The notes below the pieces were generated by a model that had not been told where the DNA came from, searched no databases, and saw only the letters and a program-made list of their open reading frames with translations. Below are positions 15,173 to 24,311 of a stretch of 33,381 nt of DNA, one piece after another; the stretch's first letter is position 1, and every line of letters starts with the position of its first letter. Origin of the DNA: a virus (taxonomy: Duplodnaviria; Caudoviricetes); IMG/VR virus record IMGVR_UViG_3300009703_000064, positions 1-33,381 of that record; one strand, written 5' to 3'. Position numbers and translations under genes: made by a program.

Positions 15173-15922
15173 ATGGCAGCGAAAAAACAAGCTGGTGCTT
15201 CAAAGAAAAAAATCACCAGAGATGTGGATGGGTTAATCAAAGGACTAGAATATCAATTCACCGAGGAGGGATTGATTGATTGGCGTAAAATGCTAGACGA
15301 TAAATGGCTTTACCCAAACCCCGGAAAAAACTTAAAAACACAAGATGTTTCAGAATTAAAAGATTCTGACCTTTGTATTCTGCTTGGCGGAATCAAAGAG
15401 CTTGCCCAAATAAGGGGCTACACAAACGTTAGTTATGATGTGGTTTCTCCTAGCTCAGATTATGTTGTAGCTAACTGCACTATAACTTGGAGGGCCAACT
15501 ACGAAACAGAGGGTGAGGACGTTTCATTTTCATCAATGGGAGACTCATCTCTAAATAATACCGCTCCTATGAATGGAATTTATTATCTAGCCACTACGGC
15601 AGAAAATAGAGCATTCGTGAGATGTGTTAGAAATTTTTTAAAGATTAACATTGTAGGGAAAGAAGAAATGGGCAGCTTCAATGCTCCAGTCAATGTTTCT
15701 TCTGGAGGCCAAGTCTCTTCTGGAAATGCGGGTAGAGGTCAAACAGATGTTAAAACATGTTTGTCGGAATTGATGGAGGAGAAAGGAATTGGTTTCGAAA
15801 AGGTCAAAGGCTTTTTAGTAAAAAGAGGCATTCCTAATGCAGAAAATTTTTCAAGCGTTTCAGATATTCCAAAGCTTGAAGCCTACGCTACTATAAAAGC
15901 GATAGAAAAGAAGTCTGGTTAA
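15173..15922 (+). CDS. Putative single-strand annealing protein (Rad52/RecT-like fold)
   Basis: GIKELAQIRG...VANCTITW...FSSMGDSS...LATTAENRAFVRCVRNFL resembles the beta-sheet plus AExRAxxRxxR helix of SSAPs. Confidence 0.5.
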   Translation: MAAKKQAGASKKKITRDVDGLIKGLEYQFTEEGLIDWRKMLDDKWLYPNPGKNLKTQDVSELKDSDLCILLGGIKELAQIRGYTNVSYDVVSPSSDYVVANCTITWRANYETEGEDVSFSSMGDSSLNNTAPMNGIYYLATTAENRAFVRCVRNFLKINIVGKEEMGSFNAPVNVSSGGQVSSGNAGRGQTDVKTCLSELMEEKGIGFEKVKGFLVKRGIPNAENFSSVSDIPKLEAYATIKAIEKKSG

Positions 15923-15926
15923 GGAC

Positions 15927-16937
15927 TTAAGAAGTAACCGTAAATACGACGTCAGATACCGCCTCTCCAGAGTGAGTAAATATCTTAACTGGGCCAGCGT
16001 ATCCAGCAAAAGTATCACTAGGTACTGTTAGCTTCACAGAATTATCGTCAACTACTTCAATTTCGCACAAGTAATCGTCTATAAAACCTGCTATTGATTC
16101 GCTTAAGTTAGTTCCATTCACGGTAAAAGTGGCCCCAATAGCTCCACTAGAAGCCGAAAGCGAAGTTATTGTTGGGGGCTCCTCTACAATCCCTTGTGAT
16201 ATCTCAAAATTTCTAATTAACTCTTCTCCAACTCCAGCAGAAAAGTCTTCTCCTATCATTTTTCCAGAAATAAAATAAGAACTTCCATTTGAGAATGTGA
16301 TTCTTATCTTATGATCTGGAAGAGACATATCGGTTTGAGGGTCATAATCGTATGTCGTGAACTTACTTTTAATTATTTTATTCGCACTAGAAACCCTTTT
16401 TATAACTGGCAAATCTCCCGATTCTGAAATTTCTATCTGAGGCTCTAGATTATTGCTGTACGAATACTCTACTGAAAGCAGAGAAGTATCTTTAATATTA
16501 GAAACTTCATCAATAGTAACAGACTGCACTGTTACGCATGGTTTTTCGGGAACCGTCTCAAGAGAATGGCTAACCTGACCTTGGGGTTTTTCATAAAAAG
16601 TAAAACTGGCATCTATCCCCACCGCAGAGTACGGCCTAGCTGACATTCTATAAGAAGAAAGATAAGCCTTCTCTATAAGCAGTCCGCCTATTTCGATGGA
16701 AACAGCAGCAGCCTCTTTTTTGCATAAATCATAAATGAAATCGCTATCTGAGTTTAAAATGAAATTTGCCGCTATGCTCCCGCTTCTAACTGACGAGGGG
16801 TTAAATGAACTAGGGGCAGAAGCTCCAACTTCATATCCCGGAGAAATGCTAACGTTTGTTGAAAGGTTAACATTTGGGCTGTATATTAGCTGATCATTAA
16901 TCTTTAGCGTTATATTTGAAAAATTTACACTATTCAT
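15927..16937 (-). CDS. Virion structural protein (tail tube/hub-like beta-rich region) with C-terminal IPT/TIG Ig-like domain
   Basis: C-terminus PTITSLSASSGAIGATFTVNGTNL...SVKLTVP...GPVKIFT..GEAVS...FTV is a typical IPT/TIG domain; the gene is adjacent to the tail genes. Confidence 0.6.
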   Translation of the reverse strand: MNSVNFSNITLKINDQLIYSPNVNLSTNVSISPGYEVGASAPSSFNPSSVRSGSIAANFILNSDSDFIYDLCKKEAAAVSIEIGGLLIEKAYLSSYRMSARPYSAVGIDASFTFYEKPQGQVSHSLETVPEKPCVTVQSVTIDEVSNIKDTSLLSVEYSYSNNLEPQIEISESGDLPVIKRVSSANKIIKSKFTTYDYDPQTDMSLPDHKIRITFSNGSSYFISGKMIGEDFSAGVGEELIRNFEISQGIVEEPPTITSLSASSGAIGATFTVNGTNLSESIAGFIDDYLCEIEVVDDNSVKLTVPSDTFAGYAGPVKIFTHSGEAVSDVVFTVTS

Positions 16938-16965
16938 AATAAACCAAACAAAAATAGTCTTTTTC

Positions 16966-16975
16966 GGTGTAAATA
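16966..16975 (+). promoter_or_regulatory. GTGTAA motif upstream of the tail operon
   Basis: GGTGTAAATA ahead of a purine-rich leader and ATG 17000; an oppositely oriented copy lies at 16925-16930. Confidence 0.45.
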
Positions 16976-16999
16976 CAAGCGGAAAAAGGTAAAGGAAAA

Positions 17000-17524
17000 A
17001 TGGCTTCTATTTACAATACTAAACAGTGGGACAACTCAAAATCCTATGTAGAAAACGACATAGTTTATCATCAGATAAATAGTCAAAATAGGTTTTTTTA
17101 CGCTACCAAATCTTCGTCGAACCAAGCTCCGGCAGAAGGCTCACAATTTTGGAAGGGTATCTTAACTCTCCCTTCATCCTCCAAAGCTCTAGGTCATTTT
17201 TTCTGGAAGCCTTCGTACTCCCTTAATACTAATATAGCACCGAAAGTTAAAACTATAAAACTTGGAAACGGTTACGAACAAAGATTAAAAGATGGCTTTA
17301 ACAATATTCTTTTAAATTATTCTTTGACGTTCAAGAACATAGATGAAAAACAAGCAACAGCGATATCTCATTTTCTTTTTGATAAAGGTGCTGTAGAAGA
17401 ATTTTATTTCATGGCTCCAACCCCAATAGGAATTTTTAAAAAGTTTGTATGTGTTGACTTTCAAGTTAATAATAAATTTTTTAATAACTTTGATGTAAAC
17501 GCTAAATTTCAAGAGAAACCTTAA
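17000..17524 (+). CDS. Lambda gpM-like minor tail protein with N-terminal CBM5/12-like module
   Basis: FFWKPSY...PKVKTIKLGNGYEQRLKDGFN...YSLTF...FLFDKGAVEEFYF...AKFQE. Confidence 0.85.
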   Translation: MASIYNTKQWDNSKSYVENDIVYHQINSQNRFFYATKSSSNQAPAEGSQFWKGILTLPSSSKALGHFFWKPSYSLNTNIAPKVKTIKLGNGYEQRLKDGFNNILLNYSLTFKNIDEKQATAISHFLFDKGAVEEFYFMAPTPIGIFKKFVCVDFQVNNKFFNNFDVNAKFQEKP

Positions 17525-18646
17525 ATGGCCAACACTCAGACAATAAAAGACTCTTTAAGCAAAGTAACAAAAGAGGCCGCCTCCTTACAGCCCTCTACAG
17601 TTATTACTTTATTTGAAATAGATATTTCAGAAATTAAAGAAAACAATATAAGCGGTACGGTTCTTCCTATTAACGATGACGTAGTTCGGTTTCATAATAT
17701 GGATGTTATAGCCAAAAGGACTATCACATTTAACAGTTTAGAATATTTTTCTATCCCTATCCAAACAGATGGATTTGAACTGTCTTCATCTGGTCAAGTA
17801 GCCAGACCTAAGCTAAGTATTACTGCGGTAGAAGGAATGGATGACGAAGGAGTTGCACAACTCGCTTCTCTTAAAAGAGCGTTTATATCTTTAGGAAACT
17901 TGGTAGGAGCAAAAGTTACAAGGATAAGAACTTTTGCTAAATTTTTAGATGCATCAAATAACATAGAAGGAATCGGGCAAAACCCTGACGCTTACGCTGA
18001 ATTCCCAAGAGAAACTTTTTTTATAAACTCTAAAATCCGTGAAGATAAATTTGGAGTGCAATTTGAATTATCTTCAGTTATTGACACTGAAAATTTTAAA
18101 CTTCCGGGTAGATTTGTTTTAGCCAATAGATGCCCTTGGACATACAGAGGGGAAGGCTGTTGTTACGAGTTTAAAGCTTCTACGACAGAAGGTTTAGCTA
18201 AACAAAAAGAAACTTTCGGAAGCACTGACCATTTACCATCTTCTGCACCACCCATAGCTAATACAAACAACGAGTTAATCGCAGATGAAATTTCTCCAGA
18301 GTATGATCCTAACATAGTTTCTTACAGCACTGGAAACATACCTTCTGAATACGACTCAGCCGCCACATACATGTTAGGTAAAGTAGTTTTTGTGGTTAAA
18401 AATAATATAAAATATTACTTTGTATCTAAAGGACATCACTTAAATAAATACGAAGCTGTACCCGCAGGAAAGGCTCCGCCAAACTCAATGTATTGGGAAC
18501 CTGATCAATGCGGCAAGACAATACAGGCTTGCAAGTTAAGGTGGGGTGCTACTGGAGCAGCAAAAAAATCTGACGGAACTCAAGCCAACTCTCTTTTACC
18601 TTTTGGTGGATTTCCGGGAACTAACAGCAGAGTCTCTCAAACATGA
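17525..18646 (+). CDS. Lambda gpL-like minor tail protein (4Fe-4S cysteines)
   Basis: ITLFEID, GAKVTRIRTFAKFLDASN, LPGR, CPWTYRGEGC, DQCGKTIQACKLRW and LPFGGFPG. Confidence 0.92.
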   Translation: MANTQTIKDSLSKVTKEAASLQPSTVITLFEIDISEIKENNISGTVLPINDDVVRFHNMDVIAKRTITFNSLEYFSIPIQTDGFELSSSGQVARPKLSITAVEGMDDEGVAQLASLKRAFISLGNLVGAKVTRIRTFAKFLDASNNIEGIGQNPDAYAEFPRETFFINSKIREDKFGVQFELSSVIDTENFKLPGRFVLANRCPWTYRGEGCCYEFKASTTEGLAKQKETFGSTDHLPSSAPPIANTNNELIADEISPEYDPNIVSYSTGNIPSEYDSAATYMLGKVVFVVKNNIKYYFVSKGHHLNKYEAVPAGKAPPNSMYWEPDQCGKTIQACKLRWGATGAAKKSDGTQANSLLPFGGFPGTNSRVSQT

Positions 18647-18972
18647 TTCTTGGCTCTTCAGTTACTAATAGAATAAAGGAGCACTCAATTAATGAGTCTC
18701 CAAATGAATGCTGTGGTTTAATATTAAAACGCAAGGGGCAAATAGAAACTTTTAAATGTGAAAATATCTCCTTAAAGAAGCGGACAAATTTTTCTATTAA
18801 CCCAAAAGATTACTTGGTCGCGAGTAAGCTTGGAAAAATATTAGCTTACTACCACTCCCATACTGATGAAAACGAAAACTTTTCTGATATGGATAAATTT
18901 TTTAGCAGATTAAATAATCTTCCATTGGTTCTTTACTGCCTTAACAACGATACATTTTCTATATATGACTAA
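18643..18972 (+). CDS. Tail assembly protein K-like, JAB/MPN domain only
   Basis: PNECCGLI...YHSH......SDMD JAMM motif; 109 aa; located between L and I. Confidence 0.85.
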   Translation: MILGSSVTNRIKEHSINESPNECCGLILKRKGQIETFKCENISLKKRTNFSINPKDYLVASKLGKILAYYHSHTDENENFSDMDKFFSRLNNLPLVLYCLNNDTFSIYD

Positions 18973-19588
18973 AATAAAATTTCACGGCGAGTTAGCAAAT
19001 CATTTCAAGGACGAATACGACCTTGAAGTTTCTAGCGTGTCGGAGGCTATTCATGCTATAGATATGATGTCTAAGGGATCAATAAGAAAGTATTTCTTAA
19101 ACCCTCAAAATAAATTTAAAAATTATCATTTAATGGTTAATGGAGAAAAAACTTTTTTTCCGGGATTTAAAAACTTACAAGACAGTGAGGTTACGATCAC
19201 CAGAGGAAACCTTGAGTCTATAGATGTTATTCCATCTCTTGAAGGTGGAAGTGCTTGGGACTGGTTGGGAATAGGACTAGGTACGATTGGAATGTTTAGA
19301 GCGGGAGACGCTTACACCTTTCTTGCTTCTGCCGCCTTAGTGGCTGCTGGAGTATCTAATCTTTTGTCTGAGCCTCCAGAACCCCCAGAGCACCAACAAA
19401 TAGCTAACCCTAGCTCTGATCCAACTCAGCTAGCAAATTCATATCTGTTCTCAGGCCCCACAAACGTGTTAAATGAAGGAGGTCCAGTTCCAATTGGGTA
19501 CGGAAGATTAATGGTGGGAAGTCAGGTGATTATGGCCTCTTATGAAGTTGAGAGAATTTTAACTAAAGACGCTGGAAGGGTAATATAG
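18965..19588 (+). CDS. Lambda gpI-like tail assembly protein (ubiquitin-like N-terminal domain)
   Basis: IKFHGEL...SVSEAIHAI...IDVIPSLEGG, a Gly/Ala hydrophobic stretch, and SYLFSGPTN...GGPVPIGYGRLMVGSQVI. Confidence 0.9.
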   Translation: MTKIKFHGELANHFKDEYDLEVSSVSEAIHAIDMMSKGSIRKYFLNPQNKFKNYHLMVNGEKTFFPGFKNLQDSEVTITRGNLESIDVIPSLEGGSAWDWLGIGLGTIGMFRAGDAYTFLASAALVAAGVSNLLSEPPEPPEHQQIANPSSDPTQLANSYLFSGPTNVLNEGGPVPIGYGRLMVGSQVIMASYEVERILTKDAGRVI

Positions 19589-19589
19589 A

Positions 19590-22500
19590 ATGTCGCAGAA
19601 TTCAAATTACGATTCGACTCCCTCTAGTACTACCAATGTAATATTTGGCAGTGATTACTATGATATATACAGAGATCAGTCAACTTTTGGAGTAGTCAAA
19701 GTAGAACCAAATGCTCAACAGGACACTGAAGGCATCGTTTCTGGAATGCTCACTGCTACGGAAACTGGATTCTATACCTCCAGAACAAATATTAAATGCT
19801 TAGATTTAATATGCGAAGGAGAAATTGAGGGTTTAGTTAGCGGCGAATATATTTTTGTAGGTAGAACCGGAGTCATAGGATATGACAGCTATACCTTAGA
19901 CCCAATTAATCCAACCAACCCAGAAGGCTGGCTCAAGTCTATAAATCTTAATGAAACTCCAGTAGTTTCGGATGGAGGGTTATATAATTTTCAAAGACTC
20001 AAAGCTGCTTGGACTAATGGTACTCCTGAAGGATTAGATACTGCCAATGACTTTTTGGGCGTTAACACTGACTCTTCAATCGAAAAGTCTAGAACTTTAA
20101 ATGAAAGACTCAGAGGTCCAGATGATAACCCAGACTCTTCAACATCTTCAGAGCATCCTCATATTTTTCATCCAAAAATTTATTTTATTTCAAATTCTGA
20201 AATAGATAAAATTAGAGTAAATATTAAGATTCCAGCTTTAAAATTTGTAAAGTATGGATCGAAATATAGCATTGAAGAACAAGGTCAGGTATTTGGTACT
20301 TCCTTAAGTATTAAAACAAGATATAGAGCAAAATACTCAGACGGTACTCACAGTACTTGGAGTGAGCCGCAGCCCACTTTCATAGAAGGCTTGACTTCTA
20401 ACGAGTACCTTCACCCAATAGAGATTTCTCTAAACTCATCTTTAATAAGTAATAACTTAATTGGATGGGAGCTAGAGGTTACTAGAATTACATACGACGC
20501 TATTGAAGGAACTATATCTAACCAAACATTTATAGATTCTATAACAGAAGTTTTTTCCTCTAAATTTTCTTTTCCTAACTCTTCAATGATAGGAATGGAG
20601 TTTAACGCTGAATATTTCAGCCAAGTCCCAACTAGAGCATACGACGTCAGGCTTTTAAAAGTTAAAGTTCCAGTTGGATACGATCCGATACTAAAAACTT
20701 ATCCAGAAACTTGGAACGGTAAATTCCAAGGAGAAGAAGCAAACACTGAAAAGAAATGGACAGATAACCCGGCTTGGATTTTCTATGACCTTTTGCATAA
20801 CAATAGGTACGGCCTTGGAAAATATGTAGATCAAATATCAATAGATAAATGGACTTTATATGAAATTGCAAAATACTGCGACGAACTTGTAGGGGATGGA
20901 GAGGGTGGAGTAGAGCCAAGGTTCACTTGTAACGTATATATAAATACTAGAGAGCAAGCAGAAAAGGTTCTAAAAGATTTTGCTAGTATTTTCAGAGGGA
21001 TGATTTATTTCGGTCTTGGAAATGTTCACGCTATTCAAGACTCACCAAGAGAAACTATATCTCAATTTACCAACTCTAACGTTGTTGAAGGAAACTTCAC
21101 TTATGCAAGCAGCGGCAGAAAAGCTAGAGCTACTGTAGTAATTGTTAGATATAATGACAGATCAAACTTTTATAAACCCTCCGTAGAATACATAGAAGAT
21201 ATTGTAGGAATTAAAAAGTTTGGAATCGTAGAAAAAGAGGTGGCTGCGTTTGGCTGCACAAGTAAAAGTCAGGCTATAAGATTAGCCAGATGGATTTTAT
21301 ATACAGAAGCTTACGAAACTGAAGTCGTTAATTTTAAGTGCGGGCTCGAAGGTATGATGCTGAGACCCGGAGACTTAATTAAAATTGTAGACGAAAACAG
21401 AAGTGAGGAAAAATATAACGGCAAAATTTCTAAGCTATTTACTAGCGGAGCTTTGCTTGATAGAGATTTAGATATTTCCAGTAATAATAAGAGTTACTAT
21501 CTCTCGATAAATACTCCAAGTTATTTTTATGATACTTCAATTACGCAAATTGATAGCAGCATTCATATTGACGACATAAGAAGGTCGCACGTACAAAGCC
21601 ATACTTTCAACCCAACAGTTAGTGAAATAAATATCACCAAAGAAATTGTAAATACTGGCATCAGTGGGTCGAATTATGCGACTAAAATAGAATGGCCTCA
21701 AAGTACTTTCGATACAGCAAATTACGATCTATCAGAAGATGCAACTTGGTCTATTGTTAGTGTAGATGAAGGAGATAAATTATATTCCATCGTAAACGTT
21801 AAAGAGGAAACAAATGATTTTTCTCATAGAATTGAAGCATTAGAGCACGTACCAGAAAAATACTTAGCAATAGAATCTGGTATAACTTATACCCCTTCTG
21901 ACCCATTCGACCCAAATACTACTGCCGTTCCTCCAATCGCAGATAGCTTAAGTTTAAGTTTAGAATATGCACAAAATTCTGACGGAACGACCTCTAATTC
22001 TACTAGGCTCGTAAAGTATATTATAGGTAAACCCACCCCAAGTGCTGGCTCTACATCTGCTTATGTTACTTACGTCAAGAAGGGTTCGGACTTTGTTCAA
22101 TCTGACTATATACAAAATTCAGACGGCAGCTACTCTATACTTCCTAAAAATGATTTCTTAATTGGTTCTACCTCTATAACTTCTTCTAGCACCAATTTTA
22201 TAGACAAATTTTATTTTCCTAACTCAAATGATACGACTTACTATTTTAAAGTCTTCTCAATAAATGAGCTTGGAATTTATTCTAGCGGCAGCAAAGACGG
22301 AAACATAACTGTAAGTAACCACTTTCCAATTCGAGATGTTAAAATACACTCTCTTAGAATTTCTACTGACACTACATCAAATCCTGCTGGACATAAAAAT
22401 ACGTTCTTAGAAACTTCTGGAAAAGACTTTGCTTTTATTTGGAATACTAGCTATGCGAATTCTTTTGTTACTAATTATGAACTTCAATACAGGATTAGAG

Positions 22501-24311
22501 TAACTACGCCTAACGCTGGAAACGTACCTACTGTAACCGCTAGCACATTAATACATCAGGAAACTATTAGTACTGGAGAAAATTTCTATAACTTTACTTT
22601 TGAAACAAATAAAAACTCAAGCCTACCAGACGCTCCATTTAGAAATTTTGATATAGTAGTAGAGGCTTATGATGCGGAAGCGGGATTATACTCATCTAAC
22701 AATTATTCCAACTCTAATGGTTATGACATTTTTGGAGTAAATAACCCTAGGCCTACTGGTTATAACTTAACCCCAAGAAGACAAGACGGTACTGGCCCCG
22801 GAGCTATAGACTCCAGTGAGGTGTTAACTACTGAGCAGTTTATTACTTCTGACGGCAAGCTGCAATTTAGGATAAGGAGGTCTGCCTTTAACGACCTTGC
22901 CGCTGGAGTTCTCTATTTATCAGCGCAACCATTCTCTGGGGCGGACTTTAACTCTAACGGTCAGCCTAAAAACGCAGAGAGAATTGCCGCCTTAAACTCT
23001 GAGCAACTTGATCGATCTGGCCAGTATCAAATTCTTCCAGTTCCTTTTGATTTTGAAAGCGAGGCTACTAGCATAGGTACTGTTACGGTTACTCCCGGAA
23101 ACATTGAGCATGCGTCGTTTGAGTACAATCATACCAACAAGTATTACATGGCAGCTAAAATAGCTGACAGCTTTGATAAAGCTAGAAGAGATGCATCTGT
23201 TGATTTATGGGATAAAGAAGTACCTGTCGGGTTCGCTAGATACAATACTGTTGACGGTACTAGTTCAACCGCGAGAAATCCTAACGGTACTCCTTGCGGA
23301 CTATGTTCTGGAGATCAAGCTGTTGTAGTTCATCCTTACAGATATTACAGTGCTGGCTCAGAAAATTCTTTTAAATACTGGTTGAGGTTAAATGTAAACG
23401 GACAGTGGGAAGGAAACGGTATTGCTGCTGTTAAAATCTTAACAAAAGGCGACGTTGACACTCTTTACGGCTATAAAGGTTTCTATGATTATTCTTGTGC
23501 TATGAGCGAAATATACTCAGCGGGACAAGGCTGGAAGCCAAACCATGCTGACTCGATTACTAGATGCAGGTTTTCTCAATATCAATACACATTAAACAAC
23601 ACCGTTATTAATGATCCAAATGATGCAGCATATGGAGTTCACCAACCTGCTGTAGTCTATAACTCTCTTTCAATGGTAACTGGACTATTAGTTGGAGTTC
23701 CTACTGCAAGTATTTATACAGACGAGTCTATACCTTCTGTTAATGAGCTTGGTACTACAATACCAAACAAAACTAGACCGCTTAAAGGCTTCAGAAGATT
23801 CAGGGTATACCTTGATCCCAATAATCTTCCTCCAGAGTTTGACACTCAGGGCCTTGCATCATATTCCGTTATAGGAATTAATTCTTGGAATGGTGGTTAT
23901 GAAAAGTTTGACCCAAGTGATCCAAATAATTTAATCCTTTCTAGAGAAACTATTTCTCAAGGAAGCACTTCTGATGGTGTTTATGACGCGAATGCATTTA
24001 CTCCTACAGTAAAAAGCTGGCTAAACAAAGATCAGCCTTTTGAAAATATTCCGGGGTTATGGAATCACCACCCAGCGGGATTTGGTGCTGGCTTTGGAGG
24101 ACTAAAGAAAACTAGATACTATTTTGATGTGCATCTAGGAAGGCTTATAGATGATAGTTATTTGAACGAAGCGTTCTTTGGACTAGTAACAACAAATGAC
24201 TACAGTATATTAGCGAATGAAACTGAGTATCCAACTTGGCCCGGAAGCGTTGCTGGAGACTTATCTTACTGGATGCATGACAACAACACTTATGTAACTG
24301 AAACGCTATGA
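19590..24311 (+). CDS. Lambda gpJ-like central tail fibre / host-specificity protein
   Basis: LDLICEGEIEGLV, INLNETPV, WTDNPAWIFYDLL..RYGLG, EPRFTCN, AFGCTSKSQAIRLARW and LRPGDLIKIVD; fibronectin-III-like segments follow. Confidence 0.93.
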   Translation: MSQNSNYDSTPSSTTNVIFGSDYYDIYRDQSTFGVVKVEPNAQQDTEGIVSGMLTATETGFYTSRTNIKCLDLICEGEIEGLVSGEYIFVGRTGVIGYDSYTLDPINPTNPEGWLKSINLNETPVVSDGGLYNFQRLKAAWTNGTPEGLDTANDFLGVNTDSSIEKSRTLNERLRGPDDNPDSSTSSEHPHIFHPKIYFISNSEIDKIRVNIKIPALKFVKYGSKYSIEEQGQVFGTSLSIKTRYRAKYSDGTHSTWSEPQPTFIEGLTSNEYLHPIEISLNSSLISNNLIGWELEVTRITYDAIEGTISNQTFIDSITEVFSSKFSFPNSSMIGMEFNAEYFSQVPTRAYDVRLLKVKVPVGYDPILKTYPETWNGKFQGEEANTEKKWTDNPAWIFYDLLHNNRYGLGKYVDQISIDKWTLYEIAKYCDELVGDGEGGVEPRFTCNVYINTREQAEKVLKDFASIFRGMIYFGLGNVHAIQDSPRETISQFTNSNVVEGNFTYASSGRKARATVVIVRYNDRSNFYKPSVEYIEDIVGIKKFGIVEKEVAAFGCTSKSQAIRLARWILYTEAYETEVVNFKCGLEGMMLRPGDLIKIVDENRSEEKYNGKISKLFTSGALLDRDLDISSNNKSYYLSINTPSYFYDTSITQIDSSIHIDDIRRSHVQSHTFNPTVSEINITKEIVNTGISGSNYATKIEWPQSTFDTANYDLSEDATWSIVSVDEGDKLYSIVNVKEETNDFSHRIEALEHVPEKYLAIESGITYTPSDPFDPNTTAVPPIADSLSLSLEYAQNSDGTTSNSTRLVKYIIGKPTPSAGSTSAYVTYVKKGSDFVQSDYIQNSDGSYSILPKNDFLIGSTSITSSSTNFIDKFYFPNSNDTTYYFKVFSINELGIYSSGSKDGNITVSNHFPIRDVKIHSLRISTDTTSNPAGHKNTFLETSGKDFAFIWNTSYANSFVTNYELQYRIRVTTPNAGNVPTVTASTLIHQETISTGENFYNFTFETNKNSSLPDAPFRNFDIVVEAYDAEAGLYSSNNYSNSNGYDIFGVNNPRPTGYNLTPRRQDGTGPGAIDSSEVLTTEQFITSDGKLQFRIRRSAFNDLAAGVLYLSAQPFSGADFNSNGQPKNAERIAALNSEQLDRSGQYQILPVPFDFESEATSIGTVTVTPGNIEHASFEYNHTNKYYMAAKIADSFDKARRDASVDLWDKEVPVGFARYNTVDGTSSTARNPNGTPCGLCSGDQAVVVHPYRYYSAGSENSFKYWLRLNVNGQWEGNGIAAVKILTKGDVDTLYGYKGFYDYSCAMSEIYSAGQGWKPNHADSITRCRFSQYQYTLNNTVINDPNDAAYGVHQPAVVYNSLSMVTGLLVGVPTASIYTDESIPSVNELGTTIPNKTRPLKGFRRFRVYLDPNNLPPEFDTQGLASYSVIGINSWNGGYEKFDPSDPNNLILSRETISQGSTSDGVYDANAFTPTVKSWLNKDQPFENIPGLWNHHPAGFGAGFGGLKKTRYYFDVHLGRLIDDSYLNEAFFGLVTTNDYSILANETEYPTWPGSVAGDLSYWMHDNNTYVTETL

